The translations under genes and the position numbers were made by a program. DNA of 64,000 nucleotides from Macrostomum hystrix (taxonomy: Eukaryota > Animalia > Platyhelminthes): NCBI GenBank assembly GCA_950097015.1, contig CATNEN010000025.1, positions 9,052,001 to 9,116,000 of the forward strand. Reading direction: 5' to 3'. The notes beneath the pieces are model-generated. The model was not told where the DNA came from and searched no databases. It worked only from the letters and a program-made list of their open reading frames with translations. Positions 1 through 26,700 of the stretch are shown here, piece by piece (within the stretch, counting starts at the first letter, position 1; every line of letters starts with the position of its first letter).

Positions 1-323
1 TGAGCACCCGGTCGATGCGGCAGGCGGCCTACTGGCTGTTCGGCTGCGCTGGAGGCGGCAGTGTGGTGTCCTGCCTGGTGTGGCTGACACTGGTGCGAAT
101 GGCCCACTGCCAGTTGCGAGACCATGAGCACATGCTCGCCAGGGATCGCTACCAGTTCCCCGGGGAGGATCAGCGGCGTGTCGGCGTTTCCATGGAGACT
201 GTGGTTGCTAACAGCATCAAGCAGCAGCAGCAGCAGCAGCAACAGCAGGAGTTGAGGCAGCAGAGAAGCGATCAGAGAGGTCAGCAGTTGGGTTCGGTTG
301 TGGAAGAGAGACTAGTTTTATGA
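1..323 (+). CDS. 3' end of a gene truncated by the window edge; possible single-pass membrane protein with a polyQ tail
   Basis: Frame is open from the window start to the stop at 323. Hydrophobic stretch AAYWLFGCAGGGSVVSCLVWLTLV followed by basic residues and a Q9 run. GC-rich coding-like composition, then AT-rich UTR-like sequence. No family recognised. Confidence 0.4.
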   Translation, partial: STRSMRQAAYWLFGCAGGGSVVSCLVWLTLVRMAHCQLRDHEHMLARDRYQFPGEDQRRVGVSMETVVANSIKQQQQQQQQQELRQQRSDQRGQQLGSVVEERLVL

Positions 324-640
324 TCATTGTGCCTCCAATAATTTTGCTTTTGTTTTTTCGACATTGAGAGACATTGCAAGTCAGTGAGTTAAAGAGTAGA
401 GTAGACAAAGATTGAGGTAGATACGAGCCGTAGATTTGCGACGTGAGGGAGATGAGGAGTGAGGTAGATTGATTGAATGTCGCCATTTTTTATTACTAGA
501 CGTTTTAGAATATGTATTTAATGACTGTAAATATACACAAATTTTATTATTTGTGACCATTCATTGTAACGTGAGAGTTCTCAGATTTTGATTCACGATC
601 TTAATTTGTCTGTTTCTCACTTCGCCACAACTTCTTACCT

Positions 641-2010
641 CAATGTCTACCCCACCGACACCAACCTCACTCCATCTCTACCCACCGACACCCACCTCAC
701 TCAATCTCTACCCCACCGACACCAACCACACTCCATCTCTACCCACTGACACCCACCTCACTTAATCTGACCTTAGCGACACCCAACTCACTCAATCTCT
801 ACCCCACCGACACTAACCTCACTCCATCTCTACCCACCGACACCCACCTCACTCAATCTCTACCCCACCGACACCAACCACACTCCATCTCTACCCACCG
901 ACACCCACCTCACTCAATCTCTACCCCACCGACACTAACCACACTCCATCTCTACCCACCGACACCCACCTCACTCAATCTGACCTTAGCGACACCCACC
1001 TCACTCAATCTCTACCCCACCGACACCAATCACACTCCATCTCTACCCCACCGACACCAACCTCACTCCATCTCTACCCCACCGACAACCCACCTCACTC
1101 AATCTCTACCCCACCGACACCAACCTCACTCCATCTCTACCCCACCGACAACCCACCTCACTCAATCTCTACCCCACCGACACCAACCACACTCCATCTC
1201 TACCCACCGACACCCACCTCACTCAATCTGACCTTAGTGACACCCACCCCACTCAATCTCTACCCCACCGACACCCACCTCACTCCATCTCTACCCACCG
1301 ACACCCACCTCACTCAATCTCTACCCCACCGACACCCACCTCACTCCATCTCTACCCCACCGACAACCCACCTCACTCAATCTCTACCCCACCGACACCA
1401 ACCTCACTCCATCTCTACCCCACCGACAACCCACCTCACTCAATCTCTACCCCGCCGACACCAACCACACTCCATCTCTACCCACCGACACCCACCTCAC
1501 TCAATCTCTACCCCACCGACACCAACCTCACTCCATCTCTACCCCACCGACAACCCACCTCACTCAATCTCCACCCCACCGACACCAACCTCACTCCATC
1601 TCTACCCCACCGACACCAACCTCACTCCATCTCTACCCCACCGACAACCCACCTCACTCAATCTCTACCCCGCCGACACCAACCACACTCCATCTCTACC
1701 CACCGACACCCACCTCACTCAATCTCTACCCCACCGACACTAACCACACTCCATCTCTACCCCACCGACACCCACCTCACTCCATCTCTACCCACCGACA
1801 CCCACCTCACTCAATCTCTACCCCACCGACACCAACCACACTCCATCTGACCTTAGCGACACCCACCTCACTCAATCTCTACCCCACCGACACCCACCTC
1901 ACTCAATCTCTACCCCACCGACACCCACCTCACTCAATCTCTACCCCACCGACAATCCATCTTACTCTATCTCTACCCCACCGACAACCCACCTTACTCA
2001 AACTCTACCC
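641..2010. repeat. C-rich minisatellite, ~31-bp unit (CTCTACCCCACCGACACCCACCTCACTCAAT and variants), between convergent gene ends
   Basis: Direct tandem repeats visible; period 31 at 1861/1892/1923. Confidence 0.95.
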
Positions 2011-2184
2011 TTTCGAACCCAGCTCAACACATCTTTTCCCCCGACACCAAAAGCAGAAACAGGTCCATGAGGAAAATGTTAGCATCAAAACAAGGCAATC
2101 ATGTTTAGGGAATGCTAAATTCAATTTATTTCGCACACACAAAAATCTCGCACAATGTGCAGAGCATCCTTAAGTAGAACCTAT

Positions 2185-16801
<14,617 letters not shown>

Positions 16802-17461
16802 CTAGAACTGCAAGCAACAGTGATGAGACTATCGGATGGACAGAAGCAGGGGGAGCAGAGGAACAGATAGCTCGAGCTCGCTTATCAGAGTCTGGCTGTT
16901 TGCTCGCGCGTGACTTCCCAGTGCCAGATGATGAATCGAGGACAGATAAATGCATTGGGGACCGGATTGCGGCTCGATTCGGAACTAGCTTACCGGGCTG
17001 GCTGCTGGGTTGGGATCGACCCCTGAGCTGCTCCGACTCCTGCTGATTTTATGGGGGGCAGGGAAGAAGTCGCCGCTGCCGCTGCCGCTGCCGCCGCTGC
17101 TGCTGCTGCTGCTGCTGTTGCTACGTCTGAGAAAATTGTTAAACAAGAGGCGGCATTTTTTTCTGTTGGAGTTTTTTCTACTTCAGTAGCGCGGCAAACA
17201 AATTTTCTGCAGCGGCTCTCCCTATTTATACTTTTTCTATCCATGCTGATTTGGACACCAATTGACCAATTATTGTAACCATTGCAACAGCTGCAGCCTT
17301 CGTTTGATGCCATGTTTCTTTGATGACCAGCCAGTTTTTCAAATGATCACAAAATTGGTCTTCTACGCCAACGGCTGAAAAATTTTCACTTGATTGTGAC
17401 TGCAAAGAAAAAATCTATTTCTATGTAACCAAAGCAGCAAAAGGCATCAAAAGGCATCAGC

Positions 17462-18930
17462 ATGGATTAAGAATCGGCGAATTTTAAGAATCGGGCGACT
17501 TTTGAGAATCGGGCGACTTTTGAGAATCGGCGAGTTTTGAGAATCGGCGAATTTGGAGAATCGGCGACTTTTGAGAATCGGGTGACTTTTGAGAATCGGC
17601 GACTTTTGAGAATCGGCGAATTTGGAGAATCGGCGACTTTTAAGAATCGGTGACTTTTGAAAATCGGCGACTTTTGAGAATCGGCGAGTTTTGAGAATCG
17701 GCGACTTTCGGGAATCGGCGACTTTTGAGAATCGGCGAGTTTTGAGAATCGGCGAATTTGGAGAATCGGCGACTTTTGAGAATCGGGTGACTTTTGAGAA
17801 TCGGCGACTTTTAAGAATCGGTGACTTTTGAAAATCGGCGACTTTTGAGAATCGGCGAGTTTTGAGAATCGGCGACTTTCGAGAATCGGCGACTTTTGAG
17901 AATCGTCGAATTTTGAGAATCGGCGAATTTTGAGAATCGGCGACTCTTGAGAATCGGCGAATTTTGAGAATCGGCGACTTTTGAGAATCGGCGACTTTTG
18001 AGAATCGGCGACTTTTGAGAATCGGCGACTTTTGAGAATCGGCGACTTTTGAGAATCGGGCGACTTTTGAGAATCGGCGAATTTTGAGAACCGGCGACTT
18101 TAAAAAATCGGCGACTTTTGAGAATCGGCGACTTTTGAGAATCGGTGACTTTTGAAAATCGGCGACTTTTGAGAATCGGCGAGTTTTGAGAATCGGCGAC
18201 TTTTGAGAATCGGCGAATTTTGAGAATCGGCGAATTTTGAGAATCGGCGACTTTTGAGAATCGGCGACTTTTGAGAATCGACGACTTTTGAGAATCGGCG
18301 ACTTTTGAGAATCGGCGACTTTTGAGAATCGGCGACTTTTGAGAATCGGCGACTTTTGAGAATCGGGCGACTTTTGAGAATCGGCGAATTTTGAGAACCG
18401 GCGACTTTAAAAAATCGGCGACTTTTGAGAATCGGCGACTTTTGAGAATCGGTGACTTTTGAAAATCGGCGACTTTTGAGAATCGGCGAGTTTTGAGAAT
18501 CGGCGACTTTTGAGAATCGGCGAATTTTGAGAATCGGCGAATTTTGAGAATCGGCGAATTTTGAGAATCGGCGACTTTTGAGAATCGGCGAATTTTGAGA
18601 ATCGGCGAATTTTGAGAATCGGCGACTTTTGAAAATCGGCGACTTTTGAGAATCGGTGACTTGAAAATCGGCGAATTTTGAGAATCGGCGACTTTTGAGA
18701 ATCGGCGACTTTTGAGAATCGGCGACTTTTGAAAATCGGCGACTTTTGAGAATTGGGGACTTTTGAGAATCGGCGACTTTTGAGAATTGGCGACTTTTGA
18801 GAATCGGTGACTTTTGGAAATTGACGAATTTTCACAATAAGCCAATTTTGAGAAACTGGCAATTTTCAATATCAGCCAATTTTAGGAATCGGCAATTTTT
18901 TTAATCGGCGACTATTAAGAGTCGGCGACT
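17462..18930. repeat. Minisatellite, 17-bp unit GAGAATCGGCGACTTTT
   Basis: Period 17 at 17949/17966/17983. Confidence 0.97.
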
Positions 18931-19662
18931 GCGATTTTTTGTACACAAGAATAAGGTGTGCTTTTGCACCAAAAGGCCTGTCCATCCTCAAGTTGAACCC
19001 TAAGAGATTAGAGTTCAGACGTAGGCTTGACTTTTTAGCCTATACTTATGACCAAGCTCTGGCCTTTGTATATAATTGATAACTTATTTATGGGAGACAC
19101 CAGCGTGTCTATTTATATCGCGGCAATATTTTATATTTAGTAACCGAAATTTATCCAACTGAAACGTTAGCCTCTCGAAATAGCACTGCAAACACACCAT
19201 GGAATGCAGCATGCTCACTATTGTCTTTGTCGTTGTAGCCAACTCTTGTAAGCAGTGTCTCCATGGCCGATCTCAGGGCACTGGCGTCGGGTAGCGAGTT
19301 CATGTTTGAGCATAGAGTGACCAGGCTGTCAGGCTTGATGGGATGCGAGCTTCAAACGAGAAGCTGCTCAACAAGGGATTCGATTTCGCAGGCCCAGCTT
19401 AGACTGGCGAGATTTTCTCTCTATCTGGTTGCTGGGCAAGACAAACTGCATCTGAGATATCCCGCCTAACACAGACCCTAACCCACGCCCATCCTCTCCC
19501 CAATCGCAATCAGTGATCGAGGCCGGATGGAGACGAGTTTAGAGTAAGGCGGGAGAGAAGTAGGGCCAGTGCCAAATAACTGATCGCTGACTGGTCCGCA
19601 TGGCAACTAGCCCAGATCTGTTCTCTGCTCAGGAGAGTAGCTGCATAGCAGATATAGCAGTA

Positions 19663-20335
19663 TCTCATCCTCTCCCTTCCGTCTCATCCTCTCCCTTCCT
19701 TCTCACCATCTCCCTTCCTTCTCACCATCTCCCTTCCTTCTCACCATCTCCCTTCCTTCTCATCCTCTCCCTTCCTTCTCACCATCTCCCTTCCGTCTCA
19801 TCCTCTCCATTCCGTCTCATCCTCTCCCTTCCGTCTCATCCTCTCCCTTCCGTCTCATCCTCTCCCTTCCTTCTCACCATCTCCCTTCCTTCTCACCATC
19901 TCCCTTCCTTCTCACCATCTCCCTTCCGTCTCATCCTCTCCCTTCCTTCTCACCATCTCCCTTCCTTCTCACCATCTCCCTTCCTTCTCACCATCTCCCT
20001 TCCTTCTCACCATCTCCCTTCCTTCTCACCATCTTCCTTCCTTCTCAACATCTCCCTTCCTTCTCAACATCTCCCTTCCGTCTCATCCTCTCCCTTCCTT
20101 CTCACCATCTCCCTTCCTTCTCATCCTCTCCCTTCCTTCTCACCATCTCCCTTCCTTCTCACCATCTCCCTTCCGTCTCATCCTCTCCCTTCCTTCTCAT
20201 CCTCTCCGTTCCTTCTCATCCTCTCCCTTCGTTCTCATCTTCTCCCTTCCGTCTCATCCTCTCCCTTCCTTCTCATGCTCTCCCATGTTCCTTCTCATGC
20301 TCCCCCATATTACTTCTCATGCTCTCCCATATTCC
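19663..20335. repeat. Pyrimidine-rich minisatellite, 19-bp unit TCTCACCATCTCCCTTCCT
   Basis: Period 19 at 19872/19891/19910. Confidence 0.95.
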
Positions 20336-21164
20336 TCCTCATGGGAGAAAGTGGGCTGGGGAACTTGCGCTGACAATCCCATGCAGATTTGCATCCCCTC
20401 GAGCACTAGCTATTTTCAAACTTTTAGGAGAAAATGTGAGAAGAAAACGAATGGATTTTTTGACATTCTGAGCTCAACTGTCCCCCGGCGCCAGCTTCTC
20501 CTAGGGGCTGCATTTGAAAGATTCGATTCCCTGGATGGAGCTGGCCCCAACCCTCTCCCTAGCAATCTATATCAGGGGCACTGACAGCAGGCAGTCCCAG
20601 ATATAGTTTCATATTTCCACTCTGTTCTCTACTGCAAAATTCCTAATGCCTTGGCTGCCCAGTTGAGAGCACTCAAAGAAGTGGACCTTCTTTTGCTTCG
20701 ACACGCCAGCAACGTTTCGGGCTGCTCAAGGGTGGTGAGGAGAGAGAGAGTGATAAGGCGAACTGAACTAAAAGTTCGACCCAATTAACAGTGTCCAGCC
20801 GTGTGTCGCCCGAAAACGAGAATATTTCGGACCAGAAATTCGTTGCGGGAGGCGGTGAGGTTCGGCAGTAATTTGATTGCGTGCTGCTGCGGCAAGAACA
20901 ATTTCTGTTTACTTGTACTAACGAGAAACAGAAGAGCCCGATTTGCACTTTCTAGCCCGGCCTCTGGAATGCAATCCGCAATGAGAGGCACGGCAACTAT
21001 ACACACACTTATCTGGAACTCGAAATGAGTTTCATGTCAGATGCTATTGGAATAAGTGGGACAGTTCACCCGGTTTGACACAGATAAAATAATTTAGAAC
21101 AACAACAAACTTGCTCTCAAACTACAAAGTTCATCTGTTTAATAAAAGCATTCGCCTGATAGCC

Positions 21165-21900
21165 AGAAATATACATCTGTTAGACAGAAATACACATCTG
21201 TTAGACAGAAATATACATCTGTTAGACAGAAATATACATCTGTTAGACAGAAATACACATCTGTTAGACAGAAATATACATCTGTTAGACAGAAATATAC
21301 ATCTGTTAGACAGAAATACACATCTGTTAGACACGAATATTCACCTGTTGTACAGAAATATACATCTGTTAGACACGAATATTCACCTGTTGTACAGAAA
21401 TATACATCTGTTAGACACGAATATTCACCTGTTGTACAGAAATATACATCTGTTAGACACGAATATTCACCTGTTCGACAGAAATATACACCCGTTGTAC
21501 AGAAATATACATCTGTTAGACAGAAATATACATCTGTTAGACACGAATATTCACCTGTTCGACAGAAATATATACCTGTTGTACAGAAATATACATCTGT
21601 TAGACACGAATATTCACCTGTTCGACAGAAATATACACCTGTTGTACAGAAATATACATCTGTTAGACAGAAATATACATCTGTTAGACACGAATATTCA
21701 CCTGTTCGACAGAAATATACACCTGTTGTACATAAATAGACATCTATAAGTCACCAATGATCACCTGTTAGACACGTATATTTACCTGTTAGACAGGAAT
21801 GTTCACCTGTTAGAAAGGAATGTTCACCTGTTAGAAAGAAATATTCACCTGTTAGACAGGAATATTCACCTGTTAGACAGGAATATTCACCTGTTAGACA
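21165..21900. repeat. Minisatellite, 21-bp unit TGTTAGACAGAAATATACATC
   Basis: Period 21 at 21181/21202/21223. Confidence 0.95.
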
Positions 21901-22269
21901 GAACCATGAGTTCCTCGACAGTTAATTGAAACAGTTGAATTTGCTAGTTTAAGGCGTGACTCTAGGGTAAAGAAATCCCATGGGACTAATCCATAAAGAA
22001 AAAAAAGTTGCAATAAATTTTGCATGGCAGAACACTCAGTCCAACCCTAAAGAACTATTCGTCCGTGCTGTTAAATCAATCTTGTGGAATAAAAGCAAGA
22101 ACCGAGGGCATTTTGAGGGCTTCGCAGTTGGGACTCTGGGTCATAAAAGTCTAGAGAAAGAAAAATTGACTACATTCGTGACTAGCCTAATTGCAGTTTT
22201 AACAATGCTCCGCATTTATCTGACAGCCTGAGTTCAATAAGTCTGAATGCTAGAGTGCCTAGGAAAGGA

Positions 22270-22720
22270 TGTATTGAGAGAAATGAGATGCGAGTGTGAG
22301 AAATGAGATGTGATTGTGAGAAATGAGATGCGAGCGTGAGAAATGAGATGCAAGCGTGAGAAATGAGATGCGAGTGTGAGAAATGAGATGTGATTGTGAG
22401 AAATGAGATGCGAGCGTGAGAAATGAGATGCAAGTGTGAGAAATGAGATTTGATTGTGAGAAATGAGATGCGAGTGTGAGAAATAAGATGCGAGTGTGAG
22501 AAATAAGATGCGAATGTGAGATATGAGGTGCGAGCGTGAGAAATGAGATGCGAGCGTAAGAAATGAGATGCGAGCGTGAGAAATGGGATGCGAGGGTGAG
22601 AAATGAGATGCGAGTGAGATGAGATTAGACACAAGTGGGAAATATGTGATAAGATCCTACAGTAAGAAATGAGATTAGAAGCGAGTGTGACAGATCAGAT
22701 GCGAGTGTGAGAGGTGAGAT
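22270..22720. repeat. Minisatellite, 20-bp unit GAGAAATGAGATGCGAGYGT
   Basis: Tandem repeat visible. Confidence 0.95.
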
Positions 22721-22924
22721 GCTGTTTGAGATGTCAGGCTGGAGTGCAAGAGAGTAAGTATATCGTGAGTGTGATGGAGGCTGTCGAGAAGTCAGAATCC
22801 CAGGGGGAGGCCGTCAAATGACGGAGACGTCACCCGATGCATTAACTGAACCGGAAGAGTACTCCACAATAAATCAAAGAGAGCCGCATCTCCCTCACTG
22901 CCCAATGAGTCGGCACCAACTCAC

Positions 22925-23011
22925 GTCACTATCGAGCTGGTCTTGTTGCTCAAGGGTCGATGATTGAGCTTTGCCTTGTTGGCCTTCTTTAGTACGATGA
23001 TCGTTTGTCAT
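22925..23011 (-). CDS. Candidate first coding exon of CaMKK (MTNDHRTKEGQQGKAQSSTLEQQDQLDSD)
   Basis: ATG at 23011, 29 open codons and a strong phase-0 donor GAC|GTGAGT, compatible with the phase-0 acceptor at 16801. No homology support. Confidence 0.3.
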
Positions 23012-23097
23012 AATCAGTCTCAGCCGAGACTCAGAAACTGGCTCCTGTACTTCTAAGGCAGACAAGACAATTTAATTCGTGCCCTTTTTAGTAAGAT

Positions 23098-23450
23098 AAT
23101 TCACAGTCACAGATTCACAGTCACAGATTTACAGTCACAGAATCACAGATTCACAGTCACAGATTTACAGTCACAGAATCACAGATTCACAGTCACAGAT
23201 TTACAGTCACAGATTTACAGTCACAGAATCACAGATTTACAGTCACGGATTCACGGTCACAGATTTACAATTCACGGTCACAGATTCACAGTCACAGATT
23301 TACAGTCACAGATTCACTGTCACAGATTCACAGTCACAGATTCACAGTCACAGATTCACAGTCACAGATTTACAGTCACAGATTTACAGTCACAGATTTA
23401 CAGTCACAGATTCACAGTCACAGGTCTACTGTCACTGATTAAGATTCAGC
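23098..23450. repeat. Minisatellite, 14-bp unit TCACAGTCACAGAT
   Basis: Tandem repeat visible. Confidence 0.95.
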
Positions 23451-23796
23451 CACAGATATAATCACTGTCATAAATAAAATTAATAAGGCGCGCACAATAA
23501 GTAACAATGGAATTAATTAATTCATTTCATTAATGAATTATTAATCTATGGATTCATTAATATTATTAATGGATTTACAATTTCACCAGTACTTTATTGA
23601 TCTACGCATTAAAATTTGTAATTCTAAATGAAGTAAAAAATTGCTGCGTACTGAGCACAGCCAGTAGTCTGTTTGGAGAATTTCTCTAGCTGGCGCTAGT
23701 TAAAATGGCAGAACTGATCAAGTAAAAAATGTTTACAGAATGTGTACAAAAAGTGTCTCAGCGGGATGAGCAGCAGCAAGCCATCTCGCATCCATC

Positions 23797-26700
23797 TCAG
23801 TTTAAAGCGAACGGCCGCATCAGCGCCAGGGCCTCCTGGCAGTTTATTGTCTTCAACGAGGTGCCCAGACGACGGAAAGTCAGGCCGCTGTTCGAAGCCG
23901 CCTCCTGCAGAACCTTCAGCGTGGCCTCCTGGAGCGACAGTTCGTCCAGAATGATATCCTCTTCCATGGACTCTGGCAGATGTAGTGCGCATCGCAGGCG
24001 AGCCCAATCACCGTTGAGCTGTGAGCAGCTGCTCAGCTGAGCAAATAGATTCTCCGCCTCGGTTGGCGACAGCACCGTGTCGGCAAATTCCAAGCCTAGC
24101 ATCGTCGAATCCGGCTGAACAGTCTCGCCGGGACGCAGTTGATGAATGAACACGTCGCCAAGGACTCGCCCGATGGACACCATCGGCATCACGGCTTGCC
24201 GGTTGGACTGCGCCGAGCACAGGCCGGAGTCGAGACGCTGGCTGCCACCGGAGCCACCGGCGGCGCCGACGATGCCAATCTGGCCAGGCTGCAGACGCTG
24301 TCCCTGACTGTCTGCGCTGTACTGGCTACGCACAATGTCCCGCTCTTTCACCAGCTGCCGCTGTTCAGTTCGCCAAGGAGGCCACTGGGCTTCGACTTGT
24401 TCAAAGCTAGGTCGATCCTCCGGCCTGATTGCCAGCATGGATTTCATCACACCGATGAGGTGGTCGCGCAGACTGTTGAACTCGTCTTCAGGAGGCCTCA
24501 ATGCGGCCTGTTTCATTTCAGGATGTTAGAGATTGGGCTTGCCGACTGCGGTGCGGCTACATTCGCATACCTACTTCGAGTAGTGAATGCTCCATTTTTG
24601 TAGCTAAGACATTCCAATCCCAACCCTTATAGATCCTAAATTATGAAAAATACCAGGTAAACGAGAGTCTAAATATTTCAGACTCAAAGGAAATTCACAC
24701 ATAAGAAATCCCAAACCCGAAGAATCACACACCTGACAAATCCCAAGCCCGAAGAATCCCACACCTGATAAATCCCAAGCCCGAAGAATCCCACACCTGA
24801 CAAATCCCAAGCCCGAAGAATCCCACACCTGATAAATCCCAAGCCCGAAGAATCCCACACCTGATAAATCCCAAGCCCGAAGAATCCCACACCTGATAAA
24901 TCCCAAGCCCGAAGAATCCCACACCTGATAAATCCCAAGCCCGAAGAATCCCACACCTGATAAATCCCAAGCCCGAAGAATCCCACACCTGATAAATCCC
25001 AAGCCCGAAGAATCCCACACCTGATAAATCCCAAGCCCGAAGAATCCCACACCTGATAAATCCCAAGCCCGAAGAATCCCACACCTGATAAATCCCAAGC
25101 CCGAAGAATCCCACACCTGATAAATCCCAAGCCCGAAGAATCCCAACACCAAGTCCGAGAAATCCCGACTTTGACGAACCCGTAAGCCAGACTAAATCCC
25201 ACTGGAAATCCCAACCAAAAAAGCCCCGACCAAGCAGCGCACCGGATAGTGCTGGAAGCACTCGTTCTCAACAAGTTGGGCCAGTCGATCCGCCAGTCGA
25301 CCAGACATCACAATCTGCTTGTAATCGGAGGTGCCATTTGGGGAGACACGCCGTCTAAGACTGTCGCAGATCAGGGCCTCGCACAGGCAGATCCCGAACA
25401 GGAACCGGTCGATGTACACATCCGGCTGGCGGAGCGGGTCCAGCAGCAGCTCCGGCGGTCGGCGCTCGATGCCCATCCGCTGCTCCAGGTCCAGAGAATT
25501 CTGCGACACCAGCGAATTCAGCTTCTTCGAGAGGCCGAAATCACTCAGCTGCAAGTAGGGAACTCAACTCTATACGCCTGCTTCGTCAGTCTCCTGTTAT
25601 CCCCTGGTCAGTCTTATCCCCTTGGTCAGACTATTATCCCCTCTGGTCAGACTGTTATCCCCTTGGTCAGACTGTTATCCCCTCTGGTCAGACTGTTATC
25701 CCCTTTGGTCAGACTGTTATCCCCTCTGGTCAGACTGTTATCCCCTTTGGGCAGACCATTCTCCCCTCTGGTCAGACTGTTATCCCCTTTGGTCAGACTG
25801 TTATCCCCTCTGGTCAGACTGTTATCCCCTTTGGTCAGACTGTTATCCCCTCTGGTCAGACTGTTATCCCCTCTGGTCAGACTGTTATCCCCTCTGGTCA
25901 GACTCCCTCTCCCTCTGGTCAGACTGTTATCCCCTTTGGTCAGACTGTTATCCCCTCTGGTCAGACTGTTATCCCCTTTGGTCAGACCATTCTCCCCTCT
26001 GGTCAGACTGTTATCCCCTTTGGTCAGACTGTTATCCCCTCTGGTCAGACTGTTATCCCCTTTGGTCAGACTGTTATCCCCTCTGGTCAGACTGTTATCC
26101 CCTTTGGTCAGACCATTCTCCCTCTGGTCAGAATGTTATCCCCTTTGGTCAGACTGTTATCCCCTCTGGTCAGACTGTTATCCCCTCTGGTCAGACTGTT
26201 ATCCCCTTGGTCAGACAGTTATCCCCATTGGTCAGACTGTTTTCCCCTTTGGTCAGACTGTTATCCCCTTTGGTCAGTCTGTTATCCCCTTTGGTGTCTG
26301 TTGTCACCCCCACACGGTAAGTTTGTTTTCCCTTGTCAGTGGTGTTCGACACCCGCAGTTAAGGCACAAACTTTCTAAAGTTCATTCCATGAGTCAAATG
26401 ATTAATAAGGTTTCATGGAGAAGTGGAAATTACTCTTATAATTTAGCGTTCTTCAAAACAACTTCAGGCCTAGCTTACCTTGGCTCGTAAATCAGCTGTA
26501 ATGAGCACATTGTCTATGGCCAGATCTTTGTGCAATATCGGTTCCCGTCGGCTCTGAAGACAGTGCATTGCTCTGCAGATATCCAGCATGAAGGACTGCA
26601 CCAGCCACGGGAACCTGCGGGTCTCCAAGCCCTGCAGTCGAGAACGAAGGTTTTCTGACACGAACTGACTAATACTGACACGAACTGCTAATACTGACAC

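Noticed and set aside
16990-17313. PolyA-containing ORF with a good donor (CG|GTAAG at 16993) as a CaMKK exon
   Set aside because: Its phase-2 end does not join the 16801 acceptor in frame. It may be an alternative or UTR exon but cannot be supported here.
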